A DNA stretch of 64,000 nucleotides from the human T2T-CHM13v2.0 reference genome, Homo sapiens, in NCBI RefSeq assembly GCF_009914755.1, contig NC_060925.1; one strand, written 5' to 3'. This document shows, piece after piece, positions 33,763 through 48,533 of the stretch. The notes under the pieces were generated by a model. The model was given only the letters and a program-made list of their open reading frames with translations, ran no database searches and was not told the DNA's origin. Both the position numbers and the translations under genes were made by a program. Within the stretch, counting starts at the first letter, position 1; every line of letters starts with the position of its first letter.

Positions 33763-34187
33763 TGAACTCATTCTTTTTTATGGCTCCATAGTATTCCATA
33801 GTGTATATATGCCACATTTTCTTTATCCAGTCTATCGTTGATGGGCATTTGGGTTGGTTCCAAATTTTTGCTATTGTAAATAGTGCTGCAATAAACATAC
33901 GTGTGCATGATTTATAATCCTTTGGAATGATTTATAATCCTTTTGGTATATACCCAGTAATGGGATTGCTGGGTCAGATGGAATTTCTGGTTCTAGATCC
34001 TTGAGGAATCGCCATACTGTCTTCCACAATGGTTGAACTAATTTACACTCCCACCAACAGTGTAAAACCGTTCCTATTTCTTCACATCCTCACCAGCATC
34101 TGTTGTTTCCTGAGTTTTTAATGATTGCCATTCTAACTGGCATAAAATGGTATCTGATTGTGGTTTTGATTTGCATTTCTCTAATGA

Positions 34188-34540
<353 letters not shown>

Positions 34541-37500
34541 TATAAATGTCTTCTTTTGAGAAGTGTCTGTTCATATCCTTTGCCACTTTTTGATTGGGTT
34601 TTTTTTTTCTTGTAAATTTGTTTAAGTTCCTTTTAGATTCTGGAGTTTAGCCCTTTGTCAGACGGATAGATTGCAAAAATTTTCTCCCATTCTGTAGGTT
34701 GCCTGTTCACACTGACGATAGTTTCTTTTGCTGAGCAGAAGCTCTTAGTTTAATTAGATCCCATTTGTCAATTTTGGCTGCGGCTGAAATTGCTTTTGGT
34801 GTTTTAGACTTGAAGTCTTTGCCCATGCCTATGTCCTGAATGATATTACTTAGGTTTTCTTCTAGGGTTTTTATGGTTTTAGGTTTTATGTTTAAGTCTT
34901 TAATCCACCTTGAGTTAATTTTTGTTTAAGGCATAAGGAAGGGGCCCAGTTTCTGTTTTCTGCATATGGCTAGCCAGTTTTCCCATCACCATTTATTAAG
35001 TAGGGAATCCTTTCCCCATTGCTTGTTTTTGTCAGGTTTGCCGAAGATCAGATGGTTGTAGATGTGTGGTGTTATTTCTGAGGCCTCTGTTCTGTTCCAT
35101 TGGTCTATATATCTGTGTTGCTATCAGTACCATGCTGTTTTGGTTACTGTAGCCTTGTAGTATAGTTTGAAATCAGGTAGTGTGATGCCTCCAGCTTTGT
35201 TCTTTTGCTTAGGATTGTCTTGGCTATATGGGCTCTTTTTTGGTTCCATATGAAATCTAAAGTAGTTTTTTCTAGTTCTGTGAAGAAAGTCAATGGTAGC
35301 TTGATGGGAATAGCAGTGAATCTATAAATTACTTTGGATAGTATGGCCATTTTCATGATACCAATTCTTCCTATCCATGAGCATGGAATTTTTTTTTCCT
35401 ATTTGTTTGTGTCCTCCCTTATTTCCTTGAGCAGTGGTTTGTAGTTCTCCTTGAAGAGGTCCTTCAGGTCCCTTGTAAGTTGTATTCCTAGGTATTTTAT
35501 TCTTTTTGTAGCTATTGTTAATGGGAGTTCACTCATGATTTGGCTCTCTGCTTGTCTATTATTGGTATATAGAAATGCTTGTGATTTTTGCATATTGATT
35601 TTGTATCCTGAGACTTTGCTGAAGTTGCTTATAAGCTTGAAGAGTTTTTGAGCTGAGATGATAGGGTTTTGTAGATATACAATCATGTCTTTTGCAGACA
35701 CAGAAAATTTGACTTCCTCTCTTCCTATTTGAATACCCTGTATTCTTTCTTTTGCCTGATTGCCCTTGCCTGAACTTCCAATACTATGTTGAATAGAGTA
35801 GTGAGAGAGGGCATCCTTGTCTTGTGCCGGTTTTCAAGGGGAATGCTTCCAGCTTTGCCCATTCAGTACGATATTGAGTATGGGTTTGTCATAAATAGCT
35901 CTTATTATTTTGAGATACATTCCATCAATACCTAGCTTATTGAGAGTTTTTAGCATGAAGGGATGTTGAATTTCATCAAAGGCCTTTTCTGCATCTATTG
36001 AGATAATCATGTCATTTTTACATGGTTCTGTTTATGTGATGGATTATGTTTATTGATTTGTGTATGTTGAACCAGCCTTGCATTCCTGGGATGAAGCTGA
36101 CTTGGTTGTGGTGGATAAGCTTTTTGATGTGCTGCTGGATTTGGTTTGCCAATATTTTATTGAGAATTATCACATTGATGTTCATCAGGGATATTGGCCT
36201 GAAATTTTCTTTTTTTGTGTTGTGTCTCTGCCATGTTTTGGTATCAGGATGATGCTGGCCTTATAAAATGAGTTAGGGATGAGTCCCTCTTTTTCTATTG
36301 TTTGGAATAGTTTCAGAAGGAATGGTATCAGCTCCTTTTTGTACCTCTGGTAGAATTCGGCTGTGAATCCACCTGGTCCTGGACTTTTTTTGGTTGGTAG
36401 GCTATTAATTACTGCCTCAATTTCAGAACTTGTTATTGGTCTATTCAGGGATTCAACTTCTTCCTGGTTTAGTCTTGGGAGGTTGTATGTGTCCAGGAAT
36501 TTATCCATTTCTTCTAGATTTTCTAGTTTATGTGCAAAGAGGTGTTTATAGTATTCTCTGATGGTAGTTTGTATTTTTGTGGGATCAGTGGTGATATCCC
36601 CTTTATCATTTTTTATTACATCTGATTGATTCTTCTCTCTTTTCTCCTTTATTAGTCTTGCTAGCCGTCTGTCTATTTTGTTAATTTTTTCAAAAAACCA
36701 GCTCCTGGATTCATTGATTTTTTGACGGGGGTTTTTTTTTTGTCTCAATCTCCTTTTTTGCTCTGATCTATTTCTTGTCTTCTGCTAGTTTTTGAGTTTC
36801 TTTGCTTTTGCTTCTCTAGTTCTTTTAATTGTGATGTTAGGGTGTTGATTTTAGATCTTTTCTGCTTTCTGATATGGGCAATTAGTGATATAAATTTCCC
36901 TCTAAACACTGCTTTAGCTCTGTCCCAGAGATTCTGGCATGTTGTCTCTTTATTCTCCTTGGTTTCAAATAACTTATTTCTGCCTTAATTTCGTTATTTA
37001 CCTATTAGTCATTCAGGAACAGATTGTTCAGTTTCCATGTAGTTGTGCAGTTTTGAGTGAGTTTCTTAATCCTGAGTTCTAGTTTGATTGCACTGTGGTC
37101 TGAGAGTCTGTTGTCATGATTTCCATTCTTTTGCATTTGCTGAGGAGTGTTTTACTCCCAATTATGTGGTCGATTTTAGAATAAGCGCTATGTGGTGCTG
37201 CGAAGAATGTATATTCTGTTGCTTTGGGGTGGGTGGAGAGTTCTGTAGATATTTATTAGGTCTGCTTGGTCTAGAGCTGAGTTCAAGTCCTGAATATCTT
37301 TGTTAATTTTCTGTGTCATTGATCTATCTAATATTGACAGTGGGGTGTTAAAGTCTCCCACTATTATTGTGTGGGAGTCTAAGTCTCTTTGTAGGTCTTT
37401 AGGAACTAGTTTTTATGAATCTGGGTGTTCTTGTATTGGGTGCATATATATTTAGGATAGTTAGCTCTTGTTGTTGTGTTGATCCCTTTGCCATTATGTA

Positions 37501-38437
37501 ATGCCCTTCTTTGTCTTTTTGATCTTTGTTGGTTTAAAGTCTGCTTTATCAGAAACTAGGATTGCAACCCCTGCTTTTTTTTGCTTTCCATTTGCTTGGT
37601 AAATATTCCTCCATCCCTTTATTTTGAGCCTATGTGTGTCTTTGCACTTGGGATGGGTCTTCTGAATACAGCACAGATAGGTCTTGACTCTTATTCCAAT
37701 TTTCCAGTCTGTGTCTTTTAATTGGGTCATTTAGCCCATTTACATTAAAGGTTATTATTTTTATGTGTGAATTTGATCCTATAATCATGATGCTGGCTGG
37801 TTATTTTGCACATTAGTTGATGTAGTTTCTTGATGGTGTTGTTGGTCTTTATATTTTGGTGTGTTTTTGCAGTGGCTGGTACCAGTTTTTCCTTTCCATA
37901 TTTAGTGCTTCCTTCAGGAGCTCTTGTAAGCAGGCCTGATGGTGACAAAATCTCAGCATTTGCTTGTCTGTAAAGGATTTTATTTGTCGTTCGCTTATGA
38001 AGCTTAGTTTGGCTGCATATGAAATTCTGGGTTGAAAATTCTTTTCTTTAAGAATGTTGAATACTGGCCTCCACTCTCTTCTGGCTTGTAGGGTTTCTGC
38101 CGAGAGATCTGCTATTAGTCTGATTGGCTTCCCCTTGTAGGTAACCTGACCTTTCTTTCTGGCTGCTCTTAGCATTTTTTCCTTCATTTCAACCTTGGAG
38201 AATCTGACGATTATGTGTCTTGGAGTTGCTCTTCTCAAGGAGTATCTTAGTGATGTTCTCTGTATTTCCTGAATCAGCATATTGGCCTGTCTTGCTAGGT
38301 TGGGGAAGTTCTCCTGGATAATATCCTGAAGTGTGTTTTCCAACTTGGCTTTATTCTCCCCGTCACTTTCAGGTACCCCAATCAATCGTAGGTTTGGTCT
38401 TTTCACCTAGTCCCATATTTCCTGGAGGCTTTGCTCC

Positions 38438-38794
<357 letters not shown>

Positions 38795-39372
38795 TGTTTG
38801 TTCCTTTTCTTTCTTTCTTTCTTTTTTTTTCTAATCTTGTCTTCAAGCCTTATTTCAGTAGTTGATCTTTAATCTCTGATATCCTTTCTTCTGCTTGATT
38901 GATTCGGCTATTGATACTTGTGTATGCTTCACAAAGTTCTTGTGCTGTGTTTTTCAGCTCCATCAGGTCATTTATGTTCTTCTCTAAACTAGTCATTCTA
39001 GTTAGCAGTTTCTATAACCTTTTATCTAGGTTCTGAGTTTCCTTGCATTGGGTTAGAACTTGCTCCTTTAGCTCAGAGGAGTTATTACTCACCTTCTAAA
39101 GCCTACTTCTGTCAATTCATCAAACTCATTCTCCATCCAGTTTTGCATGCTTGCTGGAGAGGAGTTGCAATCATTTGGAGGAGAAGAGGCATTCTGTTTT
39201 TTGGAATTTTAAGCATTTTTGCGCTGTTTTTTCCTCATCTCCATGGATTTATCTACCTTTGATCTTTGAGGCTGATGACCTTTGGATGGGGTATTTGTGT
39301 GGAGGTCCTTTTGTTGATGTTGATGTTGTTGCTTTTTTTTTTTTTTTTTTTTTATTCACAGATGACATGGTC

Positions 39373-40971
39373 TTTTTTGTTTTTTGTTTTTTTTTTTTTT
39401 TTTTTTTTTTTTTTATTGATCATTCTTGGGTGTTTCTCACAGAGGGGGATTTGGCAGGGTCATAGGACAATAGTGGAGGGAAGGTCAGCAGATAAACAAG
39501 TGAACAAAGGTCTCTGGTTTTCCTAGGCAGAGGACCCTGCAGCCTTCCGCAGAGTTTGTGTCCCTGGGTACTTGAGATTAGGGAGTGGTGATGACTCTTA
39601 ATGAGCATGCTGCCTTCAAGCATCTGTTTAACAAAGCACATCTTGCACCGCCCTTAATCCATTTAACTCTGAGTGGACACAGCACATGTTTCAGAGAGCA
39701 CAGGGTTGGGGGTAAGGTCACAGATCAACAGGATCCCAAGGCAGAAGAATTTTTCTTAGTACAGAACAAAATGAAAAGTCTCCCATGTCTACCTCTTTCT
39801 ACACAGACACAGCAACCATCCGATTTCTCAATCTTTTCCCCACCTTTCCCCCCTTTCTATTCCACAAAGCCGCCATTGTCATCCTGGCCCGTTCTCAATG
39901 AGCTGTTGGGCACACCTCCCAGACGGGGTGGTGGCCGGGCAGAGGGGCTCCTCACTTCCCAGTAGGGGCAGCCGGGCAGAGGCGCCCCTCACCTCCTGGA
40001 CGGGGCGGCTGGCCGGGCGGGGGGCTGACCCCCCCACCTCCCTCCCGGACTGGGCGGCTGGCCTGGTGGGGGGCTGACCCCCCCCACCTCCCTCCTGGAC
40101 GGGGTGGCTGCCGGGCGGAGACGTTCCTCACTTCCCAGACGGGGTGGCTGCCAGGCGGAGAGGCTCCTCACTTCTCAGACGGGGCGGCTGCCAGGCGGAG
40201 GGTCTCCTCACTTCTCAGACGTGGCGGCCGGGCAGAGACGCTCCTCATCTCCCAGACGGGGTGGCAGCCAGTCAGAGGCCTCCCCACATCCCAGACGATG
40301 GGCGGCCGGGCAGAGACGCTCCTCACTTCCTAGATGTGATGGCGGCCGGGAAGAGGCGCTCCTCACTTCCCAGATGGGATGGCGGCCAGGCAGAGATGCT
40401 CCTCACTTTCCAGACTGGGCAGCCAGGCAGAGGGGCTCTTCACATCCCAGACGATGGGCGGCCAGGCAGAGACGCTCCTCACTTCCCAGACGGGGTGGCG
40501 GCCGGGCAGAGGCTGCAATCTCGGCACTTTGGGAGGCCAAGGCAGGCGGCTGGGAGGTGGAGGTTGTAGCGAGCCGAGATCACGCCCCTGCACTCCAGCC
40601 TGGGCGCCATTGAGCACTGAGTGAACCAGACTCTGTCTGCAATCCCGGCACCTCAGGAGGCCGAGGCTGGCGGATCACTCGCGGTTAGGAGCTGGAGACC
40701 AGCCCGGCCAACACAGCGAAACCCCGTCTCCACCAAAAAAATACGAAAACCAGTCAGGCGTGGCGGCACGCGCCTGCAATTGCAGGCACTCCGCAGGCTG
40801 AGGCAGGAGAATCAGGCAGGGAGGTTGCAGTGAGCCGAGATGGCAGCAGTATAGTCCAGCTTCGGCTCGGCATGAGAGGGAGACCGTGGAAAGAGAGGGA
40901 GAGGGAGACCATGGGGAGAGGGAGAGGGAGAGGGAGAGGGACAGGGAGAGGGAGAGGGAGAGGGAGAGGGC
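39373..40971 (-). mobile_element. Full-length SVA (SVA_D-like) inserted in the L1 5' region
   Basis: (CCCTCT)n, antisense Alu-like region, GC-rich VNTR, SINE-R and poly(A). TSD GATGTTGTTGCTTT at 39322-39335 and 40972-40985. Confidence 0.96.
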
Positions 40972-42286
40972 GATGTTGTTGCTTTCTGTTTGTTAGTTTT
41001 TCTACTAATAGGCCCCTCTTCTGCAGGTCTGCTGCAGTTTGCTGGAGGTCCACTCCAGACCCTGTTTGCCTGTGTATCACCAGCGGAGGCTGCAGAACAG
41101 CAAAGGTTGCTGCCTCTCCTTCTTCTGGCAGCTTCATCCCAGAGGGGCACCGGCTTGATGCCAGCTGGAGCTCTCCTGTATGAGGTGTCTGTCAACCCCT
41201 GTTGGGAGGTCTCTCCCAGTCAGGAGGCACGGGGGTCAGGGACCCACTTGAGGAGGCAGTCTGTCCCTTAGCAGAGCTCAAGCGCTGTGCTGGGAGAATG
41301 CTCCTTGTCAGGATCTGCTGCACTCTTCAGAGCTGGCAGGCAGGAATATTTAAGTCTGCTGAAGCTGTGCCCACAGCCTCCCCTTCCCCCAGGTGCTCTG
41401 TCCCAGGGAGATGGGAGTTTTATCTATAAGCCCCTGATGGGGCTGCTGCCTTTCTTTCAGAGATTCCCTGCCCAGTGAGGAGGAATCTAGAGAGGCAGTC
41501 TGGCCACAGCCGCTTTGCCACACTGTGGTGCGTTTGGCCCAATCTAAACTTCCCAGCCTCCTTAGCACTGTCAGGGGAAAACCGCCTACTCAAGCCTCAG
41601 TAATGGTGGATGCCCCCCCTACACCAAGCTTGATCATCCCAGGTTGACATCAGACTGCTGGACTGGCAGTGAGAATTCCAAGCCAGTGGTTCTTAGCTTG
41701 CTGGGCTCTGTGGGAGTGGGACCCGCTGAGTGAGAACACTTGGCTCCCTGGTTTCCGCCCTCTTTCCAGGTGAGTGAACAGTTCTGTCTCGCTGGGGTTC
41801 CAGGCACCACTGGGGTAAGAAAAAAAAAACTCCTGCAGCTAGCTCGGTGTCTGCCCAAACAGCCGCCCAGTTTTGTGCTTGAAACCCAGGGCCCTGGTGG
41901 TGTAGGCACACAAGGGAATCTCCTGGTCTGGGGATTGGATTGCAAAAACCGTAGGAAAAGCATAGTATCTGAGCCAGATAGCACAGTCCCTCACGGCTTC
42001 CCATGGCTCGGGGAGGGAGAGACCCCTGGCTGCTTGCGCTTCCCCGGTGGGGTGATGCCCCACCCTACTTTTGCTCGCCCTCTGTGGGCTGTCCCCACTG
42101 CCTAACGAGTCCCAATGAGACAAACAATATACCTCAGTTGGAAATGCAGAAATCTCCCGCCTTCCGTGTTGGTGTTGCTGGGAGCTACAGACTGTAACTC
42201 TTCCTATTTGGCCGTCTTGCCAATCTCTGGGGATCATTCTTTAGAAAGACTATTGTAAACACTTCCTTTTAAATTATAGCTAACTC

Positions 42287-42596
<310 letters not shown>

Positions 42597-43578
42597 TTAA
42601 TCACACACAAAATTCCTTTGATAAATTCTCCTTCACTATCCTTGTCATAACTTACACGTAACTATGACATGCTTGGGTTTCCTAATTTGTCCTCTTTCCT
42701 AAATAATCAGTCATTTTGCTTTAGGACAAAAATTTACTGTACAAGATCCTTTTTCATAAAAACTATTCTCTTTTCTTTATGGCATTCCTTACCAAAAATA
42801 TGCCATAACTTTTTTCACATCTCGCTCCCCTACTTACTGATTTTTTAACCTTCTTCAATAAATAACTTTCAAGTAACCTCCAAATGACACAATTTTTTTC
42901 AATAAGAACACAACTTACAGAAGCGTATATCAGCTAGAATACTTATCCTTTGAAACCTTAAATTTTAGTGCAGAAAACTCTGAACTGTCTGATGGATGTT
43001 AGCATTTTATAGATGAAACCATTCCACAGTTTTAGAAATATGTTTTTCTATATCATAAGCTTTTCTTAATTGGAAATTACCCAGACATTAAATGAGAATT
43101 TATTACTTAATTCAAAATAATTAAAAAATTTAAAATTATACATAAAGTCCACTTATAAGCATTTATCTTACTTACATGTACTCAATTTTTTCATTTTAAC
43201 AGTTTCTCTAGATTACTTGTGAAAACCGAGATATTACACAAAACTAATTATTATTTGAATTTATTTCCCAGTTAATCATTTTTAAAGTCGGAATAGCAGG
43301 TGAACACTTAAGTAAGAACCTTAAAGTTAAATGCCTTTTGCTGTTAACTCAGAAGATTCAGCTATTTTCATTGAACCAACAATATTAAATTAGTCTTATT
43401 TGACAAAAAAAATCACACAAAGATTATTCTGTTTTTGCCTGGGTTTATAGTCTCACAACCTTTGTGACAAACCCTGACATCTTAATATAGAGACAGAGAC
43501 AAATATAAAATCATTTGTTCAATAAACTCAGACAAAAATGTATGCTGACAATTCTGATGACATTTCTATTTTTACCAA

Positions 43579-43868
43579 TTTTTTTTTTGAGACAGAGTCT
43601 CACTGTTGCTCAGTATGGAGTGCAGTGGCGCAATCACAACTCACTGCAGCCTTGACCTCCCCAGGCTCAGGTAATCCTTCCAGTTCAGCCTCCCGAATAG
43701 CTGGGACTACAGGCATGTGCCACCACACCTGGCTAATTTTTCTATTTTTTGCAGAGACTGGGTCTTGCTACATTGCTCAGCCTTGTCTAAACTCCTGGGC
43801 TCAAGCTATCTTCCTGCCTTGACCTCTCAGAGTGTTGGGATTATGGATGTGAGCCACCATGCCTGGCC
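43579..43868 (-). mobile_element. Alu (AluJ-like)
   Basis: Antisense Alu motifs. Confidence 0.9.
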
Positions 43869-45248
43869 TATTTTTGTCAATAATTTTAAAGCCAGTTTTA
43901 TTTACCAGAGATTCATGTAAATTTGAAAAGCATTTGGACTTAATTTATGAGTACCCATTTACTTTTAAGCCAGTTTTGTAGCATGCTAGACACAACGTAT
44001 AACATAATACATGTACATACCCATAAGCTTATCAAAACATGTATACATACATGCACAAAGGTCCAATAGCTTTTACCTCAGAACCCTAGCCTTAAGATAG
44101 CAATACAAACTCACCACTTTACAAAAGATAGCTGAATCCAAATTATTTTTCTGATGAAATTGGAACCTGTTCACATGGCTAAAACCTGATAGGTAATCTA
44201 AGGAAAGCTGTGGACCAGAATTTGGGTAAAGCAGTTTTCATGGCAGTTTTGATTTTAAAAACATCTTTTACCTCTTTTTTTTCTGTCAGTTTCAAATAAG
44301 TTTCTAATGTTTCCATTTTAGCCAGAACTGGCTGATGTGTATAAGAAAAATGAAATCTCCAAGTAACCTTGAAACAGTAAGTTTTATTTCAACACCAGTA
44401 GCTTAATAACAGGTTCAAAGTAGGCAGAAAAGAAAATAAATTGATAGCTTTAGAAGACTTCTTAACTTTATAGTTGCAGGCTAACCATTTGAACTGTGAA
44501 TTTTCCTTAGTATAATTTGCCCATTAGTTAAAAATGTGCACAAAAACTGGCAATAATATATAACCAGCTGGAGTCCCAGATAGTCTAGGAAAAAGTTCAC
44601 ATGCTTCCCCACTACATCCCCCAAAGCTTGACACAGTTACAGGAAATACTCTGGATTCCCCAAAAGGATGACAATATCAGGGGCCAGGAGATTGAAAACT
44701 GTTACTCCCCAAGAAGGACAGGAGCAGCCTCTCTTGCTGCCTTCTGACAAGCAGATGAGACTGGTCTTATTGGGTGGGACAGAGACTGTGCTAAAGTACT
44801 CTGGGATGGAGGGGTAACAGTAAACAGAGACACAAACACAAACAGATCTGATGTAGACCCAGCATTCCAAATTGATCCTAAAGAGGGAAGACTGGAGAAA
44901 AGTCCTGAGATCTTGTGTGAAACCCAGGTGGCACCACAGAGTGACCTGCATTCAGTCCAGATGTCACAGAGGCCTACACAGCACCACAGATGACCTATAC
45001 CATGTCCATGTAGGGGAGACATGAAGGGGAGAGAAGGGAAAATCCCCAAGACAAAAGCAGTCTTGGCAACTGCTGGGAATTCCCTAAGGTCCCAGCTGTG
45101 AGGTCAGCTAGCCATGAGAAGCTGGAGTTTGCAAGTGGACTCTGTCCTGCCCAGTAGCATGGGTGGGTAAGCCCTGGTGCACGCCACAGCCAATTGCTCC
45201 ACTCATTGGAAACCAAGTGTACAGGTTGAGTCGATCAAAATACACAGT

Positions 45249-45266
45249 TCCTTACCTGGGGCACCA
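45249..45266 (-). other. Retroviral primer-binding site, tRNA-Ile(UAU)-like
   Basis: TGGTGCCCCAGGTAAGGA lies 4 nt after the LTR end ...GGTTACA; 15/18 match to TGGTGCTCCAGGTGAGGC as I recall it. Confidence 0.65.
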
Positions 45267-46683
45267 GATTTGTAACCAGAATGCCCTTTGGCCATTCCCC
45301 AACTGCTAGCATTAGTCGCTAATGCTAAAGTTGCTCTTCTTTCACCACACCTTGCTTCTCCTGTATTTGGCCTCTGAGTGCTGAGCAGTAGGACTTAAGC
45401 CAGTCACACTATGACCATGAGTGTACAAATATTCTTTAAGTCCCTGCCTTCAGTTCTTCTGGGTAGATACACAGAAGTATAACTGGGGAGGCATGAAGTT
45501 GAAAGGAGTTCTACATTTCAAGATAATCCAACACTTCCACCTCACCCATCAATAAACCAATCTTTAGTGTTGTTTTGTGGAAATTATACAAATTACCCAA
45601 GACCGCTTTTACTTGTTCTGAATTATTTTCATTCTGGTCTAATTTCCGTCTGTCTCCTGTTTCTTGGCTACATTTGCTCCTTATTATTTCACTCTTGCTC
45701 TTTGGGCCAGAAAGCAATTGTGGGTCTCCCTAACTTTATGCTCAACTCTCAGACTACCCTATTTACAATTCCACTTCTGCTTCTTTTTGGGTATATACCT
45801 TGCCCCAGAGATCCTTTGAGGATTGAAATGCCAAATCTGACCCACAAGGCAGTGTTCCTGCCACACCTGAACTCTAGTGAGGGAGGGACTTGTACATTTT
45901 ATTGCAAATTCCTCTTCCAATACCATGCCCATTGCTATAGCCATACCACACAGACAGGATAACAGGCTTACTTTTGTCACTGAACATGAGAAATGCTGCA
46001 GAAGTATGGGAGTACAGGGCTCTGCAAGTAGAAGGTGAGCCCATTGGTCCAATAACAGAGGCAAGGGCAGAGCTACTGTACTTTATCTGGCCAGTACCAC
46101 TCACACAGCTCCTTTGAGTCATGTCCACACATCCATACCATACCTGTTAATGCCACCTCTGGAAAAAATTTTCAATAATTCAAAATGCAAATCTTTATAG
46201 AAACTTATAATCTATGGTGGGAAGCATAGATGGAAAGCATTTCATGTCCCATACTGCATTTACTAAGTATCCTATTTTACTCCTTTCTCCTTTCCCATAT
46301 GGTCAGTTTTGAGCTCTCAGAGCTGGTTTTTTCCCATATTGATGCCAATTAATGGCTGGTTTTCTAGGACTTAGGCTTGAAAAACCAAAGGCCTTCATAA
46401 TTATGGTGAAAGAAATACTAACAAGATAAGGAGAAATGTTTAGTCTTCTCCAAGAAGGTCAGTAAATAGATACTAGTTTGTATCATAAAATTCTCCTTGT
46501 AAATATTAATTTTAATTAAGAGTCTTGTAAGACACTATGACTTCAGAGATTGTTGCTGTGGCCTCTGAAAGTAACCTTTAATATCTAAAATTCTGTAATT
46601 CTGATTGGTTGTCTTGATAATTTCTTGTCCTGGTAATAAATTTTAATTGAGTTCCCTATTTTCTAAAAGGTTTAAATACACAT

Positions 46684-47145
46684 TGTAGTAGATTGAATTG
46701 TGTTTCCCTAAAAGATGTGTCCAAGCTATAACTCCTAGTACCTGTGAATGTGGCCTTATTTGGAAAAAAGGTCTTTGAAGATATAATTAAGGAAGGGATC
46801 TCGAAATGAACTCATCCTGGATTAGAGTGGGCTGTAAATCCAACGACAGATGTTCTTATGAAACAAAAGAAGAAGACACAGGGACACACAGGAGAGAATG
46901 TCATGTAAAGATGGAGGCAGAGACTGGAGTGGTGTCTATAAGCCAAAGAATGTGAAGGATTTCCTCTAGCCATCAGAAGCTAGGAGAGAGGCATGGAATG
47001 AATTCCATCAGAAACTCCAAAGTAACAAACCCTGCTGACACCCTGATTTCAGACTTTTGGTCTCTATAACTGTGAGAGAATAAATTTTTGTTGTTTTAAG
47101 CCACACAGTGGTAATTTGTTATAGGAATCCTAGGAAACTAATATA
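46684..47145 (+). mobile_element. MLT1 (B/C-like) solo LTR
   Basis: TGAATTGTGTTTCCCTAAAAGATG...CCTTATTTGGAAAAAAGGTCTTTG...GGAAACTAATATA. Confidence 0.8.
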
Positions 47146-48317
47146 TACATATAAGGTTGATTTCTGTAAATGAAATGACAGGGAGTATATGGGAACTTTC
47201 TATTCTTTCTCAGTTTTGCTGTGAACTTAAAACTTCTCTTAAAAAATAAAGTTTTTTAATGGTTAAAAGTCATCTACATCTTTCATTGATTGCTTAATGA
47301 TAATAACATTATATTTGCCTAAGTAAAAATGATATAATTGTTACTCAAAAAGGGTATTATAGCATTTCCTTTTCAAACCAAAAGAAGACTGTTGGCTCTT
47401 CCTGCTTCTTTCACATACCCGGGGGGAAAACTAAAACCAACAACTCAGCTAGATTTCTTTTTAAACAAAAAGTCTGCTATCTGTGTCTAATTTTAATTAA
47501 AAGAGAAAGACTCCTTGCCAGCTACCCCCATGACCATCACTGCTGCTGCCACCACATAAAAGGAAAAATGGTGATACCAACATGGTAGACACCCAGAGGG
47601 TCTCACAGGCTCTACAGACATGAGAATGGTAGCTGAGAATTTGGCTAGGGATCTTACCAGAGGAGTTCACTGCAACTTCAGGAGGTGCCAAAGTGGTCCT
47701 GGAGCTGAGGACTCCAAGGAGCATTGTCTAAACATGGAACAACATGGGTGGTACAGCTCTGGGGAGGTATGAGATCTTTACCACCACCATCGCCAGTATG
47801 ATGAGGGAGGTTTGCCAGATCCTCAGTGAGCCTAGAGAGGATGGAGCAAACTAGCCCAGGAATGGATTCTGACCAGCAACACCTCCACAAGGCTAGGGTT
47901 GGGTTGAGACAGAGGGGCACTCTTCACCCTCAACACCAAACATCCACACTCCATCACAGATTAAAGCAGGGAAAAGAGAGGGAAATCTGAAAGACTAAAT
48001 CATACATAAGAATCCTATTCACCTTAAGAGACAGTTCAATTACTTAACCAGACCAAATTTATCAGACTCAATTAAAAGCTAGGGGTTTTTTCCCCATATC
48101 ACCTAATGGAGTGGGTATGGGGGCTCACAAGAAAAAGCACATTTGTTATAGGAAATCAGCTAAAATTTCTTTGCACATCTATGTGCTAAAAGTAAATTTG
48201 TGACTCCACTGCACACATTTTTACATATTGATCAAAATTTTTCAGCATGCTTGTGAAAGATTTGGAGCAAAATAGATGAGAACCAGTGGAGTGAATGAAG
48301 AAATGTTAGAGATTAAA

Positions 48318-48533
48318 GTAGAATTTCTCAACCCCAGCAATACTGACACTTTAGACCTAACAATTCCATGTTGTGGGGTCTGTTTTGTGCATCTAAAGAT
48401 GTTTAACACCATCTCTACCCTCTACTCACTAGATGCTAGTGGCATTTTCTTCCAGCCATGACAATAAACATGTCTCACAAAATTACCAAATATTTTGTAG
48501 TGGGCAAACAAGCCCCCATTTGAAAACCCCTAG
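48318..48533. mobile_element. MER20 DNA transposon
   Basis: TTTCTCAACCCCAGCAATACTGACACTTT...CTCTACTCACTAGATGCTAGTGGCA resembles the recalled consensus. Confidence 0.75.

Noticed and set aside
35144-38406. L1 ORF1/ORF2 as active genes
   Set aside because: Fragmented by stops, frameshifts and nested insertions.
39366-39378. Both SVA transduced tags begin with GACC after the tail, suggesting a shared source
   Set aside because: The sequences diverge after 4 nt and the SVAs differ at subfamily-type positions; probably coincidence.
39585-41271. Long GC-rich ORFs (up to 169 aa here; 243 aa at 53768-54499)
   Set aside because: They lie within SVA VNTR/Alu-like or L1 5'UTR sequence, which is stop-poor by composition; no gene evidence.
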